The notes beneath the pieces are model-generated. The model saw only the letters and a program-made list of their open reading frames with translations. It was not told the DNA's origin and ran no database searches. Below are positions 1 to 12,930 of a stretch of DNA of 64,000 nt, one piece after another; the stretch's first letter is position 1, and every line of letters starts with the position of its first letter. Source of the DNA: Alphaproteobacteria bacterium (lineage in GTDB: Bacteria; Pseudomonadota; Alphaproteobacteria; UBA6615); the NCBI GenBank assembly GCA_965261975.1, contig CBDHEC010000047.1, positions 64,001 through 128,000 on the forward strand, read 5' to 3'. Position numbers and translations under genes: made by a program.

Positions 1-103
1 TCGCATCGTTGGAAGTTCATGGGAGACAAATGCGACTGGTCGACAGTTAAATCCAACAAATAGTTTTGATTGAAACCATCAGGAAAGTTGATATTTTACC
101 GGC

Positions 104-958
104 ATGAGCGAGACCCTCGATATTCCCCTGCTGCGGACCCTTCTGGCGGTTGTTGATTCCGGCAGCTTCACCCAGGCGGCGAACCAGGTGCACCGGACCC
201 AGTCGGCGGTCAGCATGCAGGTGAAACGGCTCGAGGATGTCGTCGGGCGTAGCTTGTTTGAGCGTTCGGGTCGTCGCTCGGCGCTGACCCGCGAAGGTCA
301 GGCTCTTACCGAATATGCGCGCCGTATCCTGCAACTGCATGACGAGGCGTTGACCACCATCAGTGAGCCCGAAATCGCGGGCGCTGTTCGGCTCGGCGTA
401 CCCGACGATTATATCAGTGGGTTCTTGCCGCGGGTGCTGTCGGCATTTGCCGAGTCCTACCCGCTGGTCGAAGTGGAACTGCATTGCGCGAGCAGCACCA
501 AGATTTCGCAGGCCCATATTGCCGGTGACGTCGATATCGGGCTTGTGACGATCGAGATGGTCGAACAGGAATGTCAGCTGGTTCGCCGCGAACCGGTCGT
601 CTGGGCGACGTCGCGACGCCATGTGGTTCATGAACGCAATCCGGTGCCGCTGGCCGTGTTCGAGCCGGGTTGCTCGTTTCGCAAATGGGCCGTCGACACT
701 CTCGATAGCGTGGGCCGGCACCACCGGATCGCCTATTCGAGCGAGAGTGTCGCGGGCCTCGTGACCGCCGTGGAGGCCGGGCTCGCCGTTACGATCCTGC
801 CACGCAGTGGAATGCCGGCGGATTTCCGCGAACTCCTGCCCGATGAGGGCTTTCCGGTCTTGCCCGCCGTCGATATCGGTCTGATCCCGCCGAGGGGAGA
901 CGCGGGTCCCGCGGTAGATGCACTGGCCAAGCACATCGCGCAGGGTGCTTCGTCATAA
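104..958 (+). CDS. LysR-family transcriptional regulator
   Basis: N-terminal HTH 'LRTLLAVVDSGSFTQAANQVHRTQSAVSMQVKRLE' and a LysR substrate-binding domain. Confidence 0.93.
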   Translation: MSETLDIPLLRTLLAVVDSGSFTQAANQVHRTQSAVSMQVKRLEDVVGRSLFERSGRRSALTREGQALTEYARRILQLHDEALTTISEPEIAGAVRLGVPDDYISGFLPRVLSAFAESYPLVEVELHCASSTKISQAHIAGDVDIGLVTIEMVEQECQLVRREPVVWATSRRHVVHERNPVPLAVFEPGCSFRKWAVDTLDSVGRHHRIAYSSESVAGLVTAVEAGLAVTILPRSGMPADFRELLPDEGFPVLPAVDIGLIPPRGDAGPAVDALAKHIAQGASS

Positions 959-1096
959 GATTTATGGCGTCCTGCAGCTTGGAGTCACCGGGCGTTTGTC
1001 CTATAACCGCGCCAAATTGGCGCTGCCCGGGTCACCACCCGCACGCCAGCTTCCGTATCATCAGATGAATTCCCTTTCGGGAAGGAGAGAACGTCC

Positions 1097-3772
<2,676 letters not shown>

Positions 3773-3830
3773 GCGGTTCGTCACCGTCTGTTGATTGGTT
3801 CGTTACGGCCCGGGCGTCCATATTCGTTGC

Positions 3831-4625
3831 ATGGCGCAGCTGTTGATCGGCTTTGTGAGGCCCCGAAGGGGTGTGTGTCGGCGTTTTTCTGCCGCGATTG
3901 CGCTCGTCACCCTGCTCGCGGTCGGACTTGGTTTGACACCATCCGCCCGCGCAGATCAGCGACTGACGGTCGTCGAGCTCTTCACGTCGCAAGGTTGTCC
4001 TGCATGCCCGGCAGCTGACGCGTTGCTGGCCGAACTTTCACGGCAGCCCGGTATTCTGGCGCTCAGTTTCCACGTGGATTACTGGGACTATATCGGCTGG
4101 GTGGACCCGTTTGCGAACGAGGTGTTTTCGCAACGTCAGCAGCGCTATCTGGAACAGCTGAAACTGCCTTATGTCTATACGCCGCAAATGGTGGTCGACG
4201 GCAAGTTGCATGCATCGGGCAATCGTCCGAAGCAGGTTATGTCCAATATCGAAAGTGCTCACGACTTCGAGCAGGGCCGTGTGGCGGTGGCGGTCACGCG
4301 TATTTCGGATGGTCAGGTGCGCATTCAGATACCCGGGAGCGACGCGCTCTATCGGGGCGAGGCGGATATTATGCTGGTCCGTTTCGATGAGAAGCATGTC
4401 ACCGAAGTGACTCGCGGCGAGAACAGGGGAAAGACCCTGACCAATCTCAATGTCGTTCGGCTCTTGCGCCCGGTCGCCGACTGGAATGGCGAAGCGGTCG
4501 ATATGGTGATGCGTCTTCAGGACATCGGCGGCGCCGAACCGGCCTACTGCGCGATCTATGTGCAGGAACGTGGCCAGGGCCGCATCCTCGGCGCAGCTGT
4601 TGTGGATATGCGCCCGCACTCATAG
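3831..4625 (+). CDS. DUF1223 thioredoxin-like secreted protein
   Basis: VVELFTSQGCPACPAAD, FHVDYWDYIGWVDPF, RGENRG motifs; signal-like N-terminus; start approximate. Confidence 0.85.
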   Translation: MAQLLIGFVRPRRGVCRRFSAAIALVTLLAVGLGLTPSARADQRLTVVELFTSQGCPACPAADALLAELSRQPGILALSFHVDYWDYIGWVDPFANEVFSQRQQRYLEQLKLPYVYTPQMVVDGKLHASGNRPKQVMSNIESAHDFEQGRVAVAVTRISDGQVRIQIPGSDALYRGEADIMLVRFDEKHVTEVTRGENRGKTLTNLNVVRLLRPVADWNGEAVDMVMRLQDIGGAEPAYCAIYVQERGQGRILGAAVVDMRPHS

Positions 4626-4649
4626 ACGGGCGTGTATCGAGATGCTGTC

Positions 4650-6383
4650 TCAGGCCGATGACAGCCTGACGATTCCCAGTTTTGCCAACCACAGGATGGA
4701 CCGCCGGGTCTCCCGCCCGGGTGTCCCCGTCGCCTCGACCAGCGCGCCCACGGTGGTGCCTTCGGTTTCGTCCGAGGCGGTGAGCGCGGCCAGCAGTGCC
4801 CGCAGATCCGGGCCGGGCAGCATCAGGCCCACACCGGCGCTGTTGATGCTGTGGTGAACCAGCGATTCCAGATCGGCATCGGGCGCGCGCCGCATGACGC
4901 GCGTATCGTCACCCAATGCGGCACTCGGATAGCCGGCGAAGACCTTGTACGGGTCATCGCGAAGCGGGTCGTTTGCTCTATCGCGAGGACGTGCCGCGAC
5001 TTCCCGGTCCCCGGCACGTCGCTGCGCCAACTCTGCCCACAGGGCCTCATAGGTCGGGATGATCATTGACCAGTCATAAACCGATCGCGCCCGTGTGCGC
5101 CCGGCCTCGCCCATTTTCCGGCGCAGCGCGGGGTCGTTTATCAGGCGCACATAGGCGATGCGCGCGGCGTCGATATCCACCGCGGTGAACTGTGCGGTCC
5201 GAGCGATATAGCCGCCGTAGCTGAATCGACCGCTGCGATAGCGCGACACGATATCCGGCCCGTCGCCGGGCGCGGCCGAGAAGGTCGGGATCGCGATTCC
5301 CTGCACGCCATCCTCGATGGTGTCGCGATAACCGTTCCAGTCCGTCACGACGATTGGCAGGCCGGTCGCCATGGCTTCGATAGGCGTCAGCCCGAAGGTT
5401 TCCTGAATATTGTCGGACAGGGAGGTGAAGAAGTCGGCCGCGGACCAGGCTTGCCGGCGCATCTCCGCATTACGGCCATCCACGATATGGACAGGCACAT
5501 CCGGACAGGTTTCGTGCGCCAGGCGTTCGATCTGGACCCGTTCGGTATCCGTCTCGAACCAGCCGGCGAGGATAAGGTGAACGTCGCGGCCGGTCTCGGC
5601 CCGGGCTGCCTGCAGTCCGAGGAACATGGGCAGGGGATGGGCCTTCGCGGTGGCCGAGAGACGGCCGAGGAACAATGCCGCCACGGCGTCGTCGTCAATG
5701 TCATATGTGGTGCGGAATGCTGCGCGGGCGGCCGGGTCGGGTTCGAACGAGGCGGCATCAATGCCCAGCGGGATAACCGGTAGTTGCAGGTGCGCCGCCT
5801 TCCGCCCGGCGCCCGACGGCGCCCCCAGGCGCGATTCGAGATAATCCCCCCATTCCTCGAGGACGCCCGCCAGCGTGTCGCGCACGGCCTGGGATGTGCA
5901 GATGACGGCGTCCCAGGGTTGCAAGGGTGCGGTGGCGAAGCTGCCGATAGCCTCCATCACCGTATCGCTTGCGGTTGTGTGTGTAATGCCACAGAGGCTC
6001 CATGCGCGCTGGTCATGCGCGCGCCGCAGCCATGCCTGGTCCGCGATCGTGGGGCTTGGGTAGAACAGGCATCCGGTCTCGGCGATCCGTTCGGGGGCAT
6101 CGACGGAAATCCAGCGCGCGCTGCGCAGGGGGCGGGTTCCTTCGGATGCTGCCGATCGGGTGGTTTAGGCGAATTCCTCTGCGGAGGCGCGGTCCGGGGC
6201 CATGCAGACCATGTCGCGCGAACGCGCGTGCTGCGCCAGACCGGCCAGAAAGCTCGCGCCTGCCGACTGACGGCCCATCAGGCGGTCGCCTGCCATCGTG
6301 TATCCATCGGACTTGTAATAGACGACGACATCGCTTGCGTTGTCGCGCGAAGGTTCGGGACCGTCGGGAAAATCAGTCGTCAT
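4650..6383 (-). pseudogene. GT4-family glycosyltransferase interrupted by an in-frame TAA at 6165-6167
   Basis: ORFs 6165-6383 and 4650-5960 are in the same frame; the intervening frame is open and protein-like (WSLCGITHTTAS); GT4 motif ETFGLTPIEAMATGLP. Confidence 0.75.
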
Positions 6384-6471
6384 GGGGACGGCAACTCCTC
6401 ATTGGAAAATTGATTCTAGTCGGGCCATGTGACCGGTTGCAATCGGCTGCGGGAGTGGGGATGCTTGGGCC

Positions 6472-9048
6472 ATGTCTGTTCACGCCTCCCGTCCCGTCAA
6501 AGCTGTTCTGGGACCGACCAATACCGGTAAAACCTATCTCGCGATTGACCGCATGCTTGGCCATGCCAGCGGGATGATCGGGTTCCCGCTGCGCTTGCTG
6601 GCGCGTGAGAATTACGACCGTGTCGTGCGCCTGAAGGGTGCGGCTGCCGTCGCGCTGATTACGGGTGAGGAGCGAATCGTACCGGCGAATCCGCGCTATT
6701 TTCTGTGTACCGTCGAGGCGATGCCGCTGGACCGTATGGTCGATTTCCTCGCGATCGACGAGGTGCAGCTTTGCGCCGACCCGGAGCGTGGCCATGTCTT
6801 CACCGACCGTTTGCTGCGCGCGCGGGGGCGTGAGGAAACGATGTTTCTGGGCGCCGAGACCATGGCGCCGATTATTCGTCGCCTGATTCCGGATGTTCAG
6901 ATCGAGCGTCGTGAGCGGTTCTCGAAACTGAGCTATGGCGGATTTCGCAAGCTCACGCGATTGCCGCCGCGCAGCGCGATTGTCGCTTTCTCTGCGGCGA
7001 ATGTTTACGCGATGGCCGAATTGTTGCGCCGTCAGTGCGGCGGCACGGCGGTGGTTCTGGGGGCCCTCAGTCCGCGGACGCGCAACGCTCAGGTGGCGAT
7101 GTATGAGGCCGGTGAGGTCGACTATCTGGTCGCGACGGACGCGATCGGAATGGGGCTCAATATGGGCATCACCCATGTTGGTTTTTCCGCGATGACCAAG
7201 TTCGACGGGCATGGGTTCCGACATCTTTCGCCGAGCGAAGTCGGACAGATTGCGGGCCGCGCCGGTCGATATATGGAAGATGGTACCTTCGGTCCGACCG
7301 CGGAGCTGGAGCCGTTCGAACCGGAACTGGTTGCAGCCGTTGAGGCGCATGAGTTTGATCCGGTTGCGTCGATATTCTGGCGAAACTCGAAACTCGATTT
7401 TTCGTCCGCCGATGCACTCAAGCGCAGCCTCGAGGATTCGCCGCCGGATCGGGAACTTCGTCGTTCGCCGCCCACGGATGACTACAATGCGCTGCTTGCC
7501 ATGCGCGAGCATGATGACATCAAGGCGATGGCGACAAACCCCGAGGCCGTGCGCACCCTCTGGGACACCTGCCAGATTCCGGATTTCAGCGGCGACCTGT
7601 CGGGCAACCATACGCGCCTGGTGGCGCGAATTTATCGGTTCCTGATGGCCGAGGCGGGCCGGATTCCCGGAGATTGGATCGAACGTTCGATCAGCCAGTT
7701 TGACCGGGTTGACGGAGACATCGACACGCTGATGGCGCGCATCGCCGGGGTTCGGACATGGTCCTATATTTCCCATCGGCAATCCTGGCTCGATGACCCG
7801 GATGGTCTGCAGGGCCGGGCACGGGAGCTCGAGGACAAGCTCTCCGATGCGTTGCATGAAAGCCTGACCCAACGCTTCGTCGACCGAAAGGCCGCCGTCG
7901 TGACCCGCGGTTTGCGCGAGAACAGCAAGCTGTTGGCGGGTGTGTCGGACGAGGGCCTCATCACCGTGGAAGGCGAGGAGGTCGGTCGGTTCGATGGGTT
8001 CCGTTTCGTGCCGCTGGACGAGGATGTTGCGGCGAGTCCGCGCTTGATGGCGGCGGCCAACCGTGCTGTTCGAGAATCGATCGGCGCGCGGATCGCGGCG
8101 CTTGCCGGCTCCGATGACGAAGCTTTTACCCTCGACCGCGCCGGCGCCCGGATCATCTGGCAGCAGGCGCCTGTCGCACGTTTGACCGCGGGCACCGATA
8201 TTCTCCATCCGCTGGTCGAGGTGTTACCGAGCGAACTGCTTGATGTGCCGTCGCGCGAAGACATGCGGGTGCGGCTGCAGGGATGGCTCGATGCGACGCT
8301 GGGTGCCGACCTCGCGCCACTGTTTGCGCTGACCCAGGCGAAGTTCTCGGGTGCGGCGCGCGGACTCGCGTTTCAGTTGAGCGAAGGTTTGGGTTGTGCT
8401 GCACGGGTGAAAGGGGATGATCCGGCCAATCATCTCGACGACGCCGACCGCAAGGCGTTGGCCAAGGTCGGCATTCGTATTGGCGTTGCATCGGTGTATC
8501 TGCCGGCGCTGCTTAAGGGCCGGGTGATGGAGCTCAAGGCGATGCTCTATCGGGTCCGTGTTGACGCCGACACTGCCGAGGCCCTGCCGCCGTTGCCCGA
8601 CGGTGGTGCCACCGCCATGGCGCGCTCCGAGTTGATCGATGTTCACTGGTATCAGGCATTGGGCTTTTGCCCGGCCGGGCCGGTTGCGGTGCGCGCCGAC
8701 GAACTGGAACGACTGCTCGCCGCGGTTCGGCGGGGCACCAAGGAAGGTGTCTTCACCGTCAGCCCGGATCTTCTGTCGCGCATCGATGCGTCGGCGGATG
8801 TATTCGCCCGAATGATTCGCAGCTTCGGATACGCGGTGCGTGAGGAGGACGATGTCATCAAGGTCACGCGTCGCGCGGCCAGGCGGCGCCCCGGCAGGCA
8901 TGTACAAGGCAAGCCGCGCGCTGGAAAGAAAGGCGGTGCGCCACGCCAGAAGGGGGGCGCCAAACCGAATTCGAGAAAGCCCGCACCGAAATATGATCCT
9001 GATTCGCCTTTCGCGGCGCTGGCGGTCCTGAAGGAACGAGGACGTTGA
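6472..9048 (+). CDS. SUV3/MgpS-like ATP-dependent helicase
   Basis: GPTNTGKT (Walker A), DEVQ, ATDAIGMGLN, QIAGRAGR; basic C-tail ending DPDSPFAAL. Confidence 0.9.
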   Translation: MSVHASRPVKAVLGPTNTGKTYLAIDRMLGHASGMIGFPLRLLARENYDRVVRLKGAAAVALITGEERIVPANPRYFLCTVEAMPLDRMVDFLAIDEVQLCADPERGHVFTDRLLRARGREETMFLGAETMAPIIRRLIPDVQIERRERFSKLSYGGFRKLTRLPPRSAIVAFSAANVYAMAELLRRQCGGTAVVLGALSPRTRNAQVAMYEAGEVDYLVATDAIGMGLNMGITHVGFSAMTKFDGHGFRHLSPSEVGQIAGRAGRYMEDGTFGPTAELEPFEPELVAAVEAHEFDPVASIFWRNSKLDFSSADALKRSLEDSPPDRELRRSPPTDDYNALLAMREHDDIKAMATNPEAVRTLWDTCQIPDFSGDLSGNHTRLVARIYRFLMAEAGRIPGDWIERSISQFDRVDGDIDTLMARIAGVRTWSYISHRQSWLDDPDGLQGRARELEDKLSDALHESLTQRFVDRKAAVVTRGLRENSKLLAGVSDEGLITVEGEEVGRFDGFRFVPLDEDVAASPRLMAAANRAVRESIGARIAALAGSDDEAFTLDRAGARIIWQQAPVARLTAGTDILHPLVEVLPSELLDVPSREDMRVRLQGWLDATLGADLAPLFALTQAKFSGAARGLAFQLSEGLGCAARVKGDDPANHLDDADRKALAKVGIRIGVASVYLPALLKGRVMELKAMLYRVRVDADTAEALPPLPDGGATAMARSELIDVHWYQALGFCPAGPVAVRADELERLLAAVRRGTKEGVFTVSPDLLSRIDASADVFARMIRSFGYAVREEDDVIKVTRRAARRRPGRHVQGKPRAGKKGGAPRQKGGAKPNSRKPAPKYDPDSPFAALAVLKERGR

Positions 9049-9458
9049 GCGGCGGCGAGACCGAAACGCATGATGCGGCAAACAATCGTGAGGGCACGCT
9101 GCGTCTCGACAAGTGGCTTTGGTATGCGCGGTTCTGCAAGACCCGCAGCCTGGCGACGGCGATGTGCCGGGCCGGCCAGGTCAGGGTGAACAAGGTGCCG
9201 GTCCGGAAATCAAACCAATCCGTGCGTGCGGGTGATGTTCTGACCTTCTCGCAAGGCCCGCGCATCCGGGTTATCCGCATCGTGGCACTTGCGACCCGGC
9301 GTGGCCCCGCGCCGGAGGCGGCCGCGTTGTACGAAGATATCTCTCCGCCGATGCCGCCCCGCGCGGCACGTCCTGCCGCCGTCGGCCTGCGAGAGGCCGG
9401 CGCCGGGCGCCCGACCAAACGCGATCGTCGGGCCCTCGACCGTCTGCGGGACAGCTGA
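9045..9458 (+). CDS. S4-domain RNA-binding protein (Hsp15-like)
   Basis: RLDKWLWYARFCKTRSLA and GAGRPTKRDRR motifs; overlaps the helicase stop. Confidence 0.9.
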   Translation: MSGGETETHDAANNREGTLRLDKWLWYARFCKTRSLATAMCRAGQVRVNKVPVRKSNQSVRAGDVLTFSQGPRIRVIRIVALATRRGPAPEAAALYEDISPPMPPRAARPAAVGLREAGAGRPTKRDRRALDRLRDS

Positions 9459-9572
9459 GATGTGGCGCGGAGGTCCGCGTGCGAAACCAGATCACGGCGC
9501 TGTTGGTTGTTTGCCGGCGGCGCGATCATGTAAGGCAAGGGCTTCAGCGGATGCGTGTTTTAAGGAGATGCA

Positions 9573-10037
9573 ATGCTTGATCGTTTGAAATCCATGTTCG
9601 CACCGGATGCCGGCGGCACGTCGGCACGCGCGCACGGTCCCGACGAGCTGCAGCTCGCGGCCGCGGCGCTTCTGGTCGAGGCGGCGCGTATGGACGATGA
9701 CTATGACGCCGCCGAGCGGGCGTTGATCGGGTCTTTGTTGCGAGACCGTTTTGACCTGGACGAAACAGACACAGAAGCGCTGCTTGTGGCCGCAGATGCC
9801 GCGACCGAGGATCTGGTGGAGGTCTATGGGTTTGCACGCCAGGTGAAGGATGCCTTCGAACATGAAGAGCGGGTCTGGATGATCGAAATGCTCTGGGAAG
9901 TGGTTTATGCCGACGGCGAAATTCACGATCACGAGGCAAACTTGTTGCGACGCGTCGCCGGCCTCATCTACGTTAGCGACAGGGAGAGTGGGGACGCGCG
10001 CAAACGGGTGCTTGACCGCACGCGCGCAGCTTCGTAA
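9573..10037 (+). CDS. TerB-family protein
   Basis: LAAAALLVEAARMDDDY...MLWEVVYADGEIHDHEANLLRRVAGL; AGGAG RBS. Confidence 0.82.
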   Translation: MLDRLKSMFAPDAGGTSARAHGPDELQLAAAALLVEAARMDDDYDAAERALIGSLLRDRFDLDETDTEALLVAADAATEDLVEVYGFARQVKDAFEHEERVWMIEMLWEVVYADGEIHDHEANLLRRVAGLIYVSDRESGDARKRVLDRTRAAS

Positions 10038-10073
10038 GTCCTCTCTCAAGATTGACCAAAAGGAATTCTGAAG

Positions 10074-10415
10074 ATGCCGTACGTCGTCACTGAAGCCTGC
10101 ATTAAGTGCAAGTACACGGACTGTGTGGAAGTCTGCCCCGTCGATTGTTTTTACGAGGGCGAGAACATGCTGGTGATCCATCCTGATGAATGCATCGATT
10201 GCGGCGTGTGCGAACCGGAATGCCCGGCCGAAGCGATCATCCCCGATGTCGAGCCCGAAGCCGAGAAATGGCTCGAGATGAACCGCGAATATTCGGAAGG
10301 CAAATGGCCGAATATCACCGCGAAGAAGGATGAGGCGCCGGACGCGGACAACTTCAAGACCGAAGAAGGCAAGTTCGAGAAGTACTTCAGCGCCAATCCC
10401 GGAAGCGGCGACTAA
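10074..10415 (+). CDS. fdxA: 7Fe ferredoxin (FdxA type)
   Basis: [17 protein letters not shown] and [12 protein letters not shown] motifs. Confidence 0.95.
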   Translation: MPYVVTEACIKCKYTDCVEVCPVDCFYEGENMLVIHPDECIDCGVCEPECPAEAIIPDVEPEAEKWLEMNREYSEGKWPNITAKKDEAPDADNFKTEEGKFEKYFSANPGSGD

Positions 10416-10463
10416 GCGCTATTGCCTGAATGGTGCGGCGACCTACCAAAACCGCGCAAATTC

Positions 10464-10472
10464 TGTTATAAT
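10464..10472 (+). promoter_or_regulatory. Extended -10 promoter element upstream of carD
   Basis: TGTTATAAT (TGn-TATAAT) in a GC-rich background, ~140 nt upstream of the carD start. Confidence 0.5.
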
Positions 10473-10613
10473 CAATGTCAATCGAGGGACGGCTGTCGCC
10501 GTCCCTTGTTCTTTGATTCTACGCTGGAACACGCATTACCCCGTTGAATCGCGCTAATTTCGCGGTCCGTGTGCGGTTGTGCCGCGCTCCGGCAGGCAGG
10601 TAACGGAACTAAA

Positions 10614-11339
10614 ATGGCGAAATCGACGAAAACCACCAAGACGGCGAAAAAACCGGCTGCAAAGGCAAAACCGGCTGCCAAGAAACCGGCGGCGAAGAAA
10701 CCGGCGGCGAAGAAAGCCGCGCCGGCGAAGAAGACCGCTGCGGCCAAGGCGGCACCGAAGAAGGCATCGACCGCGAAGGCGGCACCGGCCAAGGTGGCTG
10801 CACCCGCGGCGGCGGCTAAGCCGGCAGCCAAGCGTGCGCCGGCGAAGAAACAAAAGCTCGAATTCGGCGCCGGTGATTTTGTGGTCTACCCGACCCATGG
10901 TGTCGGCCAGGTGACAGGCGTTGAGACCCACGAAATTGTGGATCAGAAACTCAAGCTCTACATCATCAGCTTCGAGCGCGAGCGGATGACCCTCAAGGTC
11001 CCGATCAACAAGGTCGTGGATTCGGGCCTGCGCAAGCTGTCGAGCCGCAAGGTCATGGACAATGCGCTGAAGACGCTCAAGGGCCGGGTCCGGATCAAGC
11101 GCACCATGTGGAGCCGCCGCGCCCAGGAATACGAAGCGAAGATTAACTCCGGCGATCCGATATTCATTGCCGAGGTCGTACGCGACCTGCACCGCAAGGA
11201 AGATCAGCCCGACCAGTCCTATTCGGAACGGCAGATGTATCAGGCGGCACTGGAACGGTTGGCGCGTGAGCTCGCAGCAGTCGAGACGTCAGAGCATGAG
11301 GCTGCCGTCGAGAAGCTGGAAGGTATCCTCGCGACCTAG
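10614..11339 (+). CDS. carD: CarD/CdnL-family RNAP-binding regulator with Lys/Ala/Pro-rich N-terminal extension
   Basis: GDFVVYPTHGVG, MWSRRAQEYEAKINSGD, QSYSERQMY motifs; preceded by ~80 aa of KKPAA-type repeats. Confidence 0.92.
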   Translation: MAKSTKTTKTAKKPAAKAKPAAKKPAAKKPAAKKAAPAKKTAAAKAAPKKASTAKAAPAKVAAPAAAAKPAAKRAPAKKQKLEFGAGDFVVYPTHGVGQVTGVETHEIVDQKLKLYIISFERERMTLKVPINKVVDSGLRKLSSRKVMDNALKTLKGRVRIKRTMWSRRAQEYEAKINSGDPIFIAEVVRDLHRKEDQPDQSYSERQMYQAALERLARELAAVETSEHEAAVEKLEGILAT

Positions 11340-11367
11340 TCCGTCGGTATATCTGAAGAACTTGCTT

Positions 11368-11400
11368 GAAAAGCCGGGCTCCTTTGCGCCCGGCTTTTTC
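11368..11400. terminator. Bidirectional intrinsic terminator between carD and the M48 protease gene
   Basis: AAAAGCCGGGC-loop-GCCCGGCTTTTT between convergent genes. Confidence 0.85.
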
Positions 11401-11442
11401 ATGTCTCGGATGCCGACAGCCTCGGTACCCCGGGAAGACCTT

Positions 11443-12930
11443 CTACTCGACGACCACTTTCACGACTTGCCCCGGGACCGGTTCCTGTCCAGGCTTCATG
11501 CCGTTGAGAACGCGGAACCATTCGTCCTTTGGGCCCTGCATGGGTATGTTGCGTGACAGGCGTGCGACCGTATCGTTGCGTCGGACAACGCGCATTTCGA
11601 TCCGCCACGGACCGTAGCGGGCTCTGTCGGCGGCTGTCAGCTTCCGGAAGCTGAATGTGGTGCGCCGCAGCTCCTTGCTGAGGGCCGCTGTTTGCGACGG
11701 GCGCGTAAGGAACATGAACCTGTAGATGTTGTTGGGATCATGACGAATCGCGATCAGCCGCGCATCGAAGCTGCCGGTTCGATTGCGGATCTGGGTGCGT
11801 CCGGTCGCAGCCTGCATGCCATTGATGGTGATGGTTTCGACGTCTGCGAGGGGTGTGTTTTTCGACCACACCCGGGTGAGGTAGGTCGCCATGTTGCCGC
11901 GGTGGGGAATTTTGCCGCCGCTGAACAGAATCAGAGAATCGTTCGGCCCTCGTGCAGTAACCTGTCGGGCCCCATTGAACAGTTTGAAGCCTTGCGGCAC
12001 CTCGAACATGAAGTTTCCGGGCTCGTGCACGAAGCGGCGATCACGGACAAAGCCTTCGGCTTCGGAATCCCCGAAAACGATCCCGTCGATCGCCGCGAGA
12101 TATTCACGTTCGCCGGTTTTCGGATTGGTGACGGGCTGGACGTTGGCCGCCCGGATGGCCGCGTTCACCCGGTCACCGGTGCGAGGATGGGTGGACATGA
12201 TATTGTAGCGCGAGGCCGGGTCCGGCAGGCCGCTGACCTTGGCCTCAAGCGCGCTGAAGGCTTCAAGCGACGACAGGAAGGATGCCATGGCGCCGGTTTC
12301 GTAGCCGGTGCGCGAGAGATAGCGTACCCCGAGCGTATCCGCTTCGAATTCATGTTCGCGCGAGAAACCCTGCAGGTACACGCCGGCGCTCTGGCCGACG
12401 GCATCCCCGACCGCCGTCGTCCCAAGAAATACTGAACTCAGGATGCTCACGCCTACCGTACCGATTCCGGCAAGAACCGACTGGCTGTGGCGCTGTGCGG
12501 AATGGCGCCCGGTGATATGGCCGATCTCGTGACCCAGGACGCCGGCCAGTTCCGCTTCGGTATTCGCCAGTCCCAAGAGGCCCCTCGAGATGTAAACAAA
12601 GCCGCCAGGCAGGGCGAATGCATTGACGATGTCGTCGTCCAGCACCGTGAAGGTGAAATCGAGATCGGGCAGCTCTGAGACCTGCGCGAGGCTCTGCCCA
12701 ATGCGATTTACATAGGCGGTCACCTTGGGGTCGTTGTACACGCCACCGAACTGCTGGATGATCTGAGGGTGCTGTTCGCGCCCGATTTCCAGCTCTTCTT
12801 CGGGCGACATAAAGGCGGTGAAGTTACGTTCGCCTGTGGCCGGATTGACCGAACAGGCGGCCAGGAACAGCGTTGCCGCCGCGAGGACCAACCGGGTTGC
12901 GCGCGTTTTCTGGCGGGGGTGCTTTGTCAT
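11443..12930 (-). CDS. M48-family Zn metalloprotease lipoprotein with LysM-like C-terminus
   Basis: Lipobox LAAC, NAFALPGG, HEIGH zinc motif, STHP. Confidence 0.9.
   Translation of the reverse strand: MTKHPRQKTRATRLVLAAATLFLAACSVNPATGERNFTAFMSPEEELEIGREQHPQIIQQFGGVYNDPKVTAYVNRIGQSLAQVSELPDLDFTFTVLDDDIVNAFALPGGFVYISRGLLGLANTEAELAGVLGHEIGHITGRHSAQRHSQSVLAGIGTVGVSILSSVFLGTTAVGDAVGQSAGVYLQGFSREHEFEADTLGVRYLSRTGYETGAMASFLSSLEAFSALEAKVSGLPDPASRYNIMSTHPRTGDRVNAAIRAANVQPVTNPKTGEREYLAAIDGIVFGDSEAEGFVRDRRFVHEPGNFMFEVPQGFKLFNGARQVTARGPNDSLILFSGGKIPHRGNMATYLTRVWSKNTPLADVETITINGMQAATGRTQIRNRTGSFDARLIAIRHDPNNIYRFMFLTRPSQTAALSKELRRTTFSFRKLTAADRARYGPWRIEMRVVRRNDTVARLSRNIPMQGPKDEWFRVLNGMKPGQEPVPGQVVKVVVE

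Noticed and set aside
10614-10850. Tandem DNA repeats (GAAACCGGCGGCGAA-like) as a CRISPR or VNTR
   Set aside because: In-frame, coding KKPAA repeats of CarD; no spacers or cas genes
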